Assembly: GCA_963800025.1 (NCBI GenBank)
Contig: CAWCZK010000005.1
Coordinates: forward strand, 269,184-333,183
Source of the DNA: an uncultured Acidobacteriaceae bacterium
GTDB lineage: Bacteria; Acidobacteriota; Terriglobia; Terriglobales; Acidobacteriaceae
DNA length: 64,000 nt
Reading direction: 5' to 3'
Below, piece after piece: positions 43,580 through 51,212 of this stretch. The notes under the pieces are model-generated. The model worked only from the letters and a program-made list of their open reading frames with translations, did not search any database and was not told where the DNA came from. The position numbers and the translations under genes were made by a program. Position 1 is the first letter of the stretch; every line of letters begins with the position of its first letter.

Positions 43580-44275
43580 GTGTCTTTCGGTCAGCTGATT
43601 CTCGCCATCGACACCTGCGGGCCGACGGGATCGGTGGCGCTGGGCAGGCTCGCAGGCCGCGACCTTGAGATTCTCGGCCAAAAAGAACTCGCAGGGCAGA
43701 CGTTCTCCGCAACGCTCGTGGCTGCAGTGGCCGAGTTGCTCCATTCGGCGAGGGCGGAGCTACGAGAACTCGGCGGAATTGTGGTCGTAAACGGGCCAGG
43801 AAGCTTTACCGGGGTCCGCGTCGGACTGAGCGCGGTAAAGGGCCTGGCCGAAGGGACAGAGATTCCAGTCGTCGCACTCTCGCGGCTTGAAGTCCTTTCG
43901 CGCAAATCGGGCGTGCCGTCGTCCGCGCTCAATGCGCATCGGGGCGAGGTCTTCCTCAGGCTGGAGCGCATCGGGTCCGCCGCGAGCGAGATTCTCGCCG
44001 GCCCTCGCGAACTTGCAGCCGTCGATCCCGCGCCCGTTCGTGTTGCGGTTTGCGACGATGAAGCAGCCGCAATCCTGGCTGCGGCATGGCCGAGCACGCA
44101 ATTGGTCGCAGCGCCTGCGCCTTTCGCTGCGGACGCGCTCCGTCCCGGCGAAGCTCGCCTGATCGCCGGCGCTGTTGTGGACCTGGCTCTCCTCGATGGC
44201 CACTATCTTCGCCGCTCAGATGCTGAGATCTTCGGCATTGACGCCGAGGCCAAATCCGTCGCGGCGAGGTCTTAG
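43580..44275 (+). CDS. tsaB: tRNA t6A37 biosynthesis protein TsaB
   Basis: ORF 43580..44275 (GTG start). It has ILAIDTCGPTGSVAL and VVNGPGSFTGVRVGLSAVKGLA. Confidence 0.85.
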   Translation: MSFGQLILAIDTCGPTGSVALGRLAGRDLEILGQKELAGQTFSATLVAAVAELLHSARAELRELGGIVVVNGPGSFTGVRVGLSAVKGLAEGTEIPVVALSRLEVLSRKSGVPSSALNAHRGEVFLRLERIGSAASEILAGPRELAAVDPAPVRVAVCDDEAAAILAAAWPSTQLVAAPAPFAADALRPGEARLIAGAVVDLALLDGHYLRRSDAEIFGIDAEAKSVAARS

Positions 44276-44276
44276 G

Positions 44277-44756
44277 GTGGCGAATCTCTCTGCGGAAGAA
44301 GCGCGGGTCCGGCGCATGACCACTGCTGACGTGCCTCGGGTGATGGAGATCGCCGCGAGTTTGCCCCAGGCGCCGCACTGGCCGCAATCAGCTTATCTGG
44401 ACGCATTGAATCCCGAATCGACTCCTCGCCGCGTCGCCTTGGTCGTCGCCGGGCCACAGCCAGGCCGTGTTGAGGGTTTTGCCGTGGCCAGTCTCTTGCC
44501 GCCACATGCTGAACTCGAATCAATTGCCGTGGCGGCTGGAAGCCAGCAAAAAGGCTTGGGCAGCTTGCTCTTCAATAGCCTGGTCAACGACCTTCAAAGG
44601 GCAGGCGTGATCGAGATCACCCTTGAGGTGCGGGCGACAAACCACGGCGCAATTGCGTTCTACCGCTCGGCGGGCTTCAGCCAAACCGGATTGCGGCGGG
44701 CCTACTATGCTGATCCTATTGAGGATGCGGTTCTCATGGGCGCGCATTTTTCCTGA
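44277..44756 (+). CDS. rimI: Ribosomal-protein-alanine N-acetyltransferase (GNAT)
   Basis: Inside ORF 44175..44756, taken from GTG 44277, which is 1 nt after the tsaB stop. It has VRRMTTADVPRVMEIA, the acetyl-CoA motif QQKGLGSLL, and NHGAIAFYRSAGF. The tsaB-rimI adjacency is classic. Confidence 0.8.
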   Translation: MANLSAEEARVRRMTTADVPRVMEIAASLPQAPHWPQSAYLDALNPESTPRRVALVVAGPQPGRVEGFAVASLLPPHAELESIAVAAGSQQKGLGSLLFNSLVNDLQRAGVIEITLEVRATNHGAIAFYRSAGFSQTGLRRAYYADPIEDAVLMGAHFS

Positions 44757-44926
44757 GCCTCCCGTGGCAAGTCGCCGGCATCGTCCGACTCGATATTCAC
44801 AGGCCTCAGTTACCTTTATCGGATTTCCGACTTGCCGATTCACCCGAAACGGCGATATATGTAAATGTTCTAAGAAAAACGGTGGCCAGGTACCGTTTAA
44901 CCAAACCGCCGAACCGGAGGTGCTTG

Positions 44927-45136
44927 ATGGACGAAGTACAAGGTTCCATGCTGAGCGAAGAGATCGATCGCCTGCACGCAGAACATCGCCGCTACGCTCA
45001 GCGTTTGGAAGAGTTGCTTCAAAAGCCGTACCTTTCCGAAGACGAACAACTTGAAGAAGTGCGCTTGAAGAAGCTCAAGCTGCATGCCAAGGATCTGATT
45101 TTCGCGCTCGAGCGCCGCGTTCCTGCCGTGGCGTAA
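44927..45136 (+). CDS. DUF465 (YdcH-like) small protein
   Basis: Inside ORF 44882..45136, taken from ATG 44927, which is 8 nt after GGAGG. It has LSEEIDRLHAEHRRYAQRLEELLQKPYLSEDEQLEEVRLKKLKLHAKD. Confidence 0.7.
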   Translation: MDEVQGSMLSEEIDRLHAEHRRYAQRLEELLQKPYLSEDEQLEEVRLKKLKLHAKDLIFALERRVPAVA

Positions 45137-45271
45137 GTTCCGAGGGTTTAGGCTTTTGCGGCTCGCTTGCCGGGCGGTTGCGCCTGGCATCGTGATTGGT
45201 TCGTCTCTGCCTAAGTGATCCCTTGGTGCAATGGGTTCATCTCCATAACCACCGTATAATCGTTGGGAACC

Positions 45272-45913
45272 ATGGTTCGCGACGGTTACATCTACGGTTT
45301 GAGCCTGCTGGCAGTGGCAGCCGCGCTCGGTTGGATTACCGGGGGGTGGATTTGGAGCACGGTACCAGTTCTGCTCGCCGCGTTTTTCCTTTGGTTCTTT
45401 CGCGATCCTCCACGCACGATTCCCGTCGGCGACGGCTTGATCGTTTCGCCCGGCGATGGCCTCGTTACTGAAACTACCTCCATTTCGACTCCCGAAGGTT
45501 CGCGACAGCGGATCAGCATCTTCCTGAGTGTTTTCGATGTCCATGTGAACCGCGCACCCATCGGCGGCGTCCTGAGCCGCGTGCGCTATCAGAAAGGCCA
45601 GTTTCTCAATGCGATGAACCCCGCTTCGGCCGAGCGCAACGAACAAAACACCGTCACCGTTCGCGGCCAGGGTGCAGACGGAGGATGTGAAGTCACCTTC
45701 AAGCAGATCGCAGGGCTCCTGGCGCGGCGCATTGTCTTTCGCTGCAATGAAGGCCAATCGGTCGAGCGTGGACAGCGGGTAGGCCTCATCAAGTTCGGAT
45801 CCAGAGTCGATGTTGTGATTCCATCGAGCGCGGTTTTGCGGGTCAAGGTCGGAGACAGAGTTAAGGGGGGCGCCAGCGTACTGGCTGCGATGCCCCATGG
45901 AGAGAGCGCGTGA
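45272..45913 (+). CDS. psd: Phosphatidylserine decarboxylase (short, membrane-anchored type)
   Basis: ORF 45263..45913, taken from ATG 45272. It has N-terminal TM helices, [13 protein letters not shown], and the proenzyme cleavage region IKFGSRVDV. Confidence 0.85.
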   Translation: MVRDGYIYGLSLLAVAAALGWITGGWIWSTVPVLLAAFFLWFFRDPPRTIPVGDGLIVSPGDGLVTETTSISTPEGSRQRISIFLSVFDVHVNRAPIGGVLSRVRYQKGQFLNAMNPASAERNEQNTVTVRGQGADGGCEVTFKQIAGLLARRIVFRCNEGQSVERGQRVGLIKFGSRVDVVIPSSAVLRVKVGDRVKGGASVLAAMPHGESA

Positions 45914-46809
45914 ATTCCTTTGATTTTCCCGGAAAGGGCAAACCGCATCCGCGTATACGACGGGGCATGTACCTGCTGCCCTCTTTGTTCACGGCCGGGA
46001 GCCTTGGCGCCGGTTATTTCTCCGTCACCCAAACCATCGCCGCCCTCGACGGTAGCGGCCAGGCGCACGCGCATTTGGATTGGGCCGCCATCGCCATCCT
46101 CTTCGCCATTCCCTTTGACGCTCTCGATGGCCGCATTGCGCGCCTGACCAACACCGCCAGCGACTTCGGCCGGGAACTGGATTCGTTGGCTGACGTCATC
46201 ACGTTCGGTATGGCGCCAAGCATTCTGGCGTATGTCTGGGGATTCCATTTCCTTCCTGATTCGATGAATCCGCAGTTGCGACAACACTTGATGCAGGCCG
46301 GCGCTTTCATCTGCTTTCTTTTTCTTCTAAGCGGAGCCTCACGGCTGGCGCGCTTCAACATCAGCCCTGACGCGCAGCCGCGCAATCCGGGCCGCGACGA
46401 CAGAAAGTACTTCGTCGGGATGCCCATCCCCGCGGCGGCGGGCCTGCTGGCAGCCACCGTCCACTTCTTCAATGCTTATCCTGTCGAATATGGGTGGGTC
46501 GCTGTTCCCTGGCTCATTCTTGTCGGACTGACGGCATTTTTGATGGTCAGCACCTGGCGGTTCTGGTCGGCCAAGGAGATCAATTTTTCCCGTCGTCACC
46601 CCTTCCAGCTGTTAGTGCTCCTGGCATTGATCGCATACATTGCGCTACGGTACTCGAATGTGGTCACGTTCCCGGTAGCACTGGCATATATGTTCTCGGG
46701 GATTTGGGCCCGCGCGGCGTATGGCTGGTCAAGGCGACGGCGCAGACGTCCGAATCATCTTCCAGTTCCGTCGCCTGAGGCGCCAGAGCCGGGATCATCG
46801 AGACCTTAA
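45910..46809 (+). CDS. pssA: CDP-diacylglycerol--serine O-phosphatidyltransferase
   Basis: ORF 45910..46809. The GTG start overlaps the psd stop (GTGA). It has the CDP-alcohol phosphotransferase motif [26 protein letters not shown]. Confidence 0.85.
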   Translation: MNSFDFPGKGKPHPRIRRGMYLLPSLFTAGSLGAGYFSVTQTIAALDGSGQAHAHLDWAAIAILFAIPFDALDGRIARLTNTASDFGRELDSLADVITFGMAPSILAYVWGFHFLPDSMNPQLRQHLMQAGAFICFLFLLSGASRLARFNISPDAQPRNPGRDDRKYFVGMPIPAAAGLLAATVHFFNAYPVEYGWVAVPWLILVGLTAFLMVSTWRFWSAKEINFSRRHPFQLLVLLALIAYIALRYSNVVTFPVALAYMFSGIWARAAYGWSRRRRRRPNHLPVPSPEAPEPGSSRP

Positions 46810-46839
46810 TCAAACACTACGGCACGAAAAAGGATTTCT

Positions 46840-47862
46840 GTGTACAGAATTGCCATCGCGGGCGCTTCGACCCTTTTGGGCCGGGAGTTGAAAGAGGTTC
46901 TTTCCGAATCGCCGCTTGATTCGGCCAGCTTTGCTCTGCTCGATGCGGAAGATGCACAGGGCCAACTTGACCAGGTAGGAGACGAGGTTACCTTCATTCA
47001 GGCCATAGGCCCCGATGCCTTCGACCGGGCGGATTTCACATTCTTCTGCGGCAGCGAGAGTCTCACGCGGCGCCATTGGCAACAGGCCCTGCGCTCGGGG
47101 TCGACAGTCCTGGATCTGTCAGCGGCATTGGATCGGGAGCCCGGGGTGGTAATTCGAGCGCCATGGCTCGGCTCCGAAGCGGCCGTCGATCTTTTCACGC
47201 CGGCGGTGGTTCCTGCGCATCCGGCTGTCATCGCACTTGCACTGCTGCTTCAACGGCTGCAACAAGCCGTACCGGTGCGCTTTGCTGCCGCCACCGTGCT
47301 GGAGCCGGCCAGCGACTTCGGCCGGGCTGCCATGGACGAGCTGCATCAGCAGACCGTCAGCCTGCTCAGCTTCCAGTCGCTGCCGCGGGCCGTTTACGAC
47401 GCTCAAGCGGCATACAACTTGCTCGCGGGCATGGGAGAAAGCTCAAAGGTGAGCTTCCTCGAGGTAGAAGCTCGCATTCGCCGTCATTACGAGGTGCTGA
47501 CTGGCGGTCGCGGCCCTTCATTGGCGGTGCAGGTGATTCATGCGCCGGTTTTCCATGGCTACACGTTTTCCATCGCAGTGGAGTTGGAGCGGCCAGTGGA
47601 GATTGTCGCTGTTGAAGAGGCCTTGACTGGCGAGCATGTCGAACTGGTGCTGGAAGACACCGATTCGCCGTCGAACCTGGCCGCCACGGGACAGAATGAC
47701 ATTCTGGTCCGAATGCGTCCGGAGCCATTCGGTCGCAACACCAATCTGGTTTCGCGCCTATGGCTTTGGGTTGCGGCCGATAACCTGCGCCTGAATGCCC
47801 AGAATGCCGTTCTTTGTGCGCTCGATCTGCGCTGCATTCGCCCCCAGGGAACCGTGCAGTAG
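46840..47862 (+). CDS. Aspartate-semialdehyde dehydrogenase-family paralog lacking the catalytic cysteine
   Basis: ORF 46840..47862, GTG start 6 nt after AAGGA. It has the Rossmann start YRIAIAGASTLLGRE and the C-terminal HAPVFHGYTFSIAVEL (the Asd His region). Where Asd has PNCST, this protein has PAHPA; where Asd has QAVSGAG, it has EPASDFG. Confidence 0.65.
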   Translation: MYRIAIAGASTLLGRELKEVLSESPLDSASFALLDAEDAQGQLDQVGDEVTFIQAIGPDAFDRADFTFFCGSESLTRRHWQQALRSGSTVLDLSAALDREPGVVIRAPWLGSEAAVDLFTPAVVPAHPAVIALALLLQRLQQAVPVRFAAATVLEPASDFGRAAMDELHQQTVSLLSFQSLPRAVYDAQAAYNLLAGMGESSKVSFLEVEARIRRHYEVLTGGRGPSLAVQVIHAPVFHGYTFSIAVELERPVEIVAVEEALTGEHVELVLEDTDSPSNLAATGQNDILVRMRPEPFGRNTNLVSRLWLWVAADNLRLNAQNAVLCALDLRCIRPQGTVQ

Positions 47863-47926
47863 GTAAGACAAGTTGCTGATTCTTACATTTGAAAGAATGT
47901 CTTATCTGTGGTAGCATGTAAGACAT
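47863..47926. promoter_or_regulatory. Four copies of GTAAGA(CA) in alternating orientation immediately upstream of and overlapping the vapB start (candidate TA operator)
   Basis: GTAAGACA at 47863-47870, TCTTAC at 47881-47886 (reverse), TGTCTTA at 47898-47904 (reverse), and GTAAGACA at 47918-47925, abutting ATG 47925. Confidence 0.45.
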
Positions 47927-48185
47927 GAGGGCTCTCAAGCATTCACCCCAACATCCGCTTTACGCCACGGTGGGCTCGAAGGGGCAGTTTGTCATTCCCG
48001 CCCCGATTCGGGAGGCTCTCGGGATCGAGCCCGGAACTCGGATCGCGATTCGATGCGAAGGCTCGCGCGTGATTCTCGATCCTGAAACCATGGCGGCCAA
48101 GCTGCGCTTGATTGACGATATGCACGGATCCACCGCCGGCCATGGATCCGGAACCGATCTTTTGCCTCGAGGAGCGTCGCCTTGA
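47925..48185 (+). CDS. vapB: AbrB/SpoVT-fold antitoxin (VapB-like); the C-terminal tail is probably frame-shifted
   Basis: ORF 47925..48185. It has ATVGSKGQFVIPAPIREALGIEPGTRIAIRCEGSRVILDP (a looped-hinge-helix fold). The +1 frame from about 48161 reads LEERRLERERELAEEGW* and ends at 48219. That is a typical tail for such antitoxins and ends 8 nt before vapC. Confidence 0.75.
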   Translation: MRALKHSPQHPLYATVGSKGQFVIPAPIREALGIEPGTRIAIRCEGSRVILDPETMAAKLRLIDDMHGSTAGHGSGTDLLPRGASP

Positions 48186-48227
48186 GCGCGAACGGGAGTT
48201 GGCGGAAGAAGGCTGGTAAGGCCGCGC

Positions 48228-48638
48228 ATGACCCATTACGTGCTTGACTCCTCAGCTTTGATTCGCTACGTAGACGGTGAGCCGGGCGGCGATCGGGTCA
48301 AAGAAATCCTGAAAGAGTGTGTGAAGCGGCAAGTTGACGCGTCGGTTTCGGCTGTCCAATGGGGCGAGATCGCGGGGAACATTCGCAAACGAATGGGTGC
48401 GTCGCACGAAGAGCGCATCTTAAGCAGCCTCTTGCCGAGCGAGGTGAGAATCGTTGCAGCAAACGGCGAGAGGGCGGTGCGTGCGGCTGAACTGCGCGTC
48501 GATCACAAGCTTGGCCATGCCGATTGCTTCGCTCTGGAGCTTGTTCTGGATTCGCCGGATCACACGCTGGTGACCGCGGATTTCGGATTCAAATCTGTAG
48601 ACAAGCTCGCCCGGATCGAATTTCTTCCCGCAAAATAG
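48228..48638 (+). CDS. vapC: PIN-domain ribonuclease toxin (VapC-like)
   Basis: ORF 48228..48638. It has YVLDSSALI (first acidic residue), GHADCFALELV and LVTADFGF. Confidence 0.8.
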   Translation: MTHYVLDSSALIRYVDGEPGGDRVKEILKECVKRQVDASVSAVQWGEIAGNIRKRMGASHEERILSSLLPSEVRIVAANGERAVRAAELRVDHKLGHADCFALELVLDSPDHTLVTADFGFKSVDKLARIEFLPAK

Positions 48639-48642
48639 CCGT

Positions 48643-49827
48643 TTAGTCGACGAATTGCCGCCGTTCGTTGCTTTGCTTCCACAACTGCACAATGTAGCTG
48701 TCCGTCATTCCGGCAATGTAGTCGGCAACCGTGCGGGCCAAGCCCTCGGTGGGAACCTGCGCCTGATGGTCGGCAGGCATCATTTCAGGGGCAGCCATGA
48801 GAGCGGCGAATAGCTCGGCAATGATGGCTTGCGCGCGCTCGTGCTCCTGCTCCTGTTCCGCGGTGTTGTAGAGATTCGCATAAAGGAACTTCTTGACAGC
48901 GGCACGTTCAGTTTCCATTTGCGCACTGAGTGCCGCGAGCCTTTGCGGGGCGCTCCGAACTTCGTCAAGAGTGGTCGCGCCAAGCGCATGGACGCGAACA
49001 CGAACCTCGTCGATCAAGTCGGTAACCCAGGCATTCAAAAGCTGCCTGAGCGCCTCGTAAACCGCGAGCCGGGGCGGAGCAGCGGGGAAGTTCCTGCGTG
49101 CGGCGTCGTGAAAGCCTCGGAACAGAGGCGCGCTATCGCGAACCTGATCAAGGGCTAGAATCCCGGAATCCAGCCCATCGTCGAGATCGGCGGTGAGGTA
49201 AGCGATCTCGTCTGCCAAGTCGATCAGCTGTGCCTCGAGCGGCGGGTAGCGGTCAAGAAAGTACTCAGCCAGCTCGGGATGGTCTTGGGCGGAATAGTCA
49301 CGCGAATGTTTCACGATGCCTTCGCGAACGGCGAGGGTAAGATTGAGGCCGCGAAAAGCCGGATAGCGCTCCTCAAACCAGGTAACGATGCGCAATGCGT
49401 GGAGGTTGTGATCGAAGCCGAGACCGTGCTCGCGGAGAGCTTGATCGAGCGCTTTCTCGCCGGCATGGCCGAAGGGAGGATGCCCGATGTCGTGTGCCAG
49501 GGCCAGGGCCTCCGCCAGTTCCACATTGAGACCCAGAGCACCAGCCACTGTACGCGAGATCTGCGCAACTTCGAGGGTATGCGTAAGGCGGCTACGGAAG
49601 TGGTCGGACAGCCCCTCGGCGGGCAGGCGAGTGAAGACCTGTGTTTTCCCGGCCAGGCGGCGAAAGGCGCGCGAGTGCAAGACTCGTGCGGCATCGCGCG
49701 CAAACGGGGTGCGATAGGGGTGCGGCGGCTGGGGATGGGTTCTGCGCGCCAAGGCGCTGTCTGCGCTCCCGACGACCGCGATTCCCGAAGGCAACGCGAC
49801 GGCAGATTCAGTCTTGAGCGCAATCAT
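48643..49827 (-). CDS. dgt: dGTP triphosphohydrolase-like HD-domain protein
   Basis: ORF 48643..49827. It has FARDAARVLHSRAFRRLAGKTQVF, RLTHTLEVAQISR and LAHDIGHPPFGHAGE. Confidence 0.85.
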   Translation of the reverse strand: MIALKTESAVALPSGIAVVGSADSALARRTHPQPPHPYRTPFARDAARVLHSRAFRRLAGKTQVFTRLPAEGLSDHFRSRLTHTLEVAQISRTVAGALGLNVELAEALALAHDIGHPPFGHAGEKALDQALREHGLGFDHNLHALRIVTWFEERYPAFRGLNLTLAVREGIVKHSRDYSAQDHPELAEYFLDRYPPLEAQLIDLADEIAYLTADLDDGLDSGILALDQVRDSAPLFRGFHDAARRNFPAAPPRLAVYEALRQLLNAWVTDLIDEVRVRVHALGATTLDEVRSAPQRLAALSAQMETERAAVKKFLYANLYNTAEQEQEHERAQAIIAELFAALMAAPEMMPADHQAQVPTEGLARTVADYIAGMTDSYIVQLWKQSNERRQFVD

Positions 49828-49848
49828 CTCGTCCGGCCCTCTCTGCGC

Positions 49849-49867
49849 AACCGCGAATTTCGCGGTT
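49849..49867. promoter_or_regulatory. Perfect 19-bp palindrome AACCGCGAA-T-TTCGCGGTT, 22 nt upstream of the dgt-like start (candidate operator or hairpin)
   Basis: AACCGCGAA (49849-49857) and TTCGCGGTT (59-67) are exact reverse complements around T49858. Confidence 0.3.
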
Positions 49868-50097
49868 CAATTCTGGTTATACCGCAGGAGGGGACAGTGC
49901 AGGGCAGGGAGGGCGTTGCTGCGATGGGAATCGCCAGGCCCTGGAGGCGGGGTCTCCCAATACGCCCGGGCACCCGCGAATGGACAACGCCAACTCGGCG
50001 GGAGTACTATCCGGCCGGAATTTTCTGAGGGTCTGGCGCAAGTGCAAACCGTGTACGCCAGTCAAAACAGTCTTTCGGGCCTCAAGAGGAGGGAGCA

Positions 50098-51090
50098 ATG
50101 AAACCGAGCAAGCAGATGGCGCTGGCGCTGACCGCGCTGGCATTGTTGTCGATCGCGGGTTGCGGGGCAAGGCACTCGCCAAAAGAAGTTTATTACCTGG
50201 TTGCAACCAATGTCTCGCTGCCTTACTGGGAGACGGCGATCGCCGGATTCAAGGCGGCGGCCGCGCAATACGACGTGACAGCGAGGGTCGCTGGACCTGA
50301 CAAGTACGATCCTCAGGGTGAACTGGCGGAGTTTCAAAAGGCAGTTGCGGCCAAACCGGCGGGGATTCTGGTTTCAGTTTCCGATGTTGCGGTGATGCAA
50401 CCGGGAATCGACGCGGCCATAAGCGCCGGCATTCCGGTGATCACCATGGACTCCGACGCCGCGAACAGCCACAGGCTCTACTTCATCGGCACCAACAATC
50501 TTGAAGCAGGGCGTTTGGGCGGCCGGAGGATCGTGGAAAAGCTGGGCGGTAAAGGCAACGTAGTTTTCTTTACGCTTGCCGGCCAGCCTAATACGGAAGA
50601 GCGGCTGAAGGGATTTAAGGACGTCTTCGCAATGCAGCCGGGCATCAAAATCGTTGAAGTGATTGACATCAAGGGAGACGCAGATGTGGCCTTCGACCGA
50701 ACCCAAGCGCTGATGGCCCAGACCGGCGCGAAGAAGATCGACGCATTTGTGTGCCTTGACTCAGCGTCAGGCAAGCCGGCCGCCGACGCGATCAAACGGA
50801 CGGGTGACACCAGCCGCGAACTGGTGGCATGGGACGTGAATCCCGATACGCTGCAAGGCATCAAGGATGGAGTCATCGATGCGACAATTGTGCAGAAGCC
50901 GTTCACCATGGGCTACATTGGCCTGAAGGCCCTGGACGAGGTCTTTCACGATCCGCCCTCGCAACTCAACAAGGACTATAGTGCCGACGCGTTCGCGCCC
51001 TACCCTGTCTTCGTCGATACGGGCACGTCACTGGTGGACAAGGGTAATGTGGATGTTTACCTGGCCGCGGCGGCGGCGCACGGGCAGTAG
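50098..51090 (+). CDS. Periplasmic sugar-binding lipoprotein (ABC-type substrate-binding protein, Peripla_BP_4-like), orphan
   Basis: ORF 50098..51090. It has the lipobox LLSIAGC and the ribose/galactose-binding-protein-like pattern (LPYWETAIAGFKAAA, PVITMDSD, GTNNLEAG, DATIVQKPFTMGY). No permease or ATPase gene is adjacent. Confidence 0.75.
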   Translation: MKPSKQMALALTALALLSIAGCGARHSPKEVYYLVATNVSLPYWETAIAGFKAAAAQYDVTARVAGPDKYDPQGELAEFQKAVAAKPAGILVSVSDVAVMQPGIDAAISAGIPVITMDSDAANSHRLYFIGTNNLEAGRLGGRRIVEKLGGKGNVVFFTLAGQPNTEERLKGFKDVFAMQPGIKIVEVIDIKGDADVAFDRTQALMAQTGAKKIDAFVCLDSASGKPAADAIKRTGDTSRELVAWDVNPDTLQGIKDGVIDATIVQKPFTMGYIGLKALDEVFHDPPSQLNKDYSADAFAPYPVFVDTGTSLVDKGNVDVYLAAAAAHGQ

Positions 51091-51117
51091 CCGGTGACCT
51101 GGGAGTTGCCTAGCGGC

Positions 51118-51147
51118 ACGCGGCGTTCGCCGAAGAGGACGCCGCGT
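51118..51147. terminator. 9-bp-stem hairpin between convergent genes (candidate bidirectional terminator, no U-tract)
   Basis: ACGCGGCGT (51118-51126) pairs with ACGCCGCGT (51139-51147). The loop is 12 nt. Confidence 0.4.
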
Positions 51148-51212
51148 CTCCCCTTGATCCTGCCTGGTTCCGTGCCATCAATCTGAATCGGGCGCTGTGA
51201 TCGTGGCCGGAT

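Noticed and set aside
44897-45898. 333-aa ORF on the minus strand
   Set aside because: It spans the intergenic region and is antisense to the DUF465 and psd genes, both of which have clear family motifs. It is a shadow ORF.
47863-49827. vapBC next to a dGTPase-like gene, considered as a possible anti-phage defence islet
   Set aside because: The dgt-like gene looks like the common housekeeping HD-domain type. No other defence-associated genes, integrases or compositional shift flank it, so the adjacency alone is insufficient.
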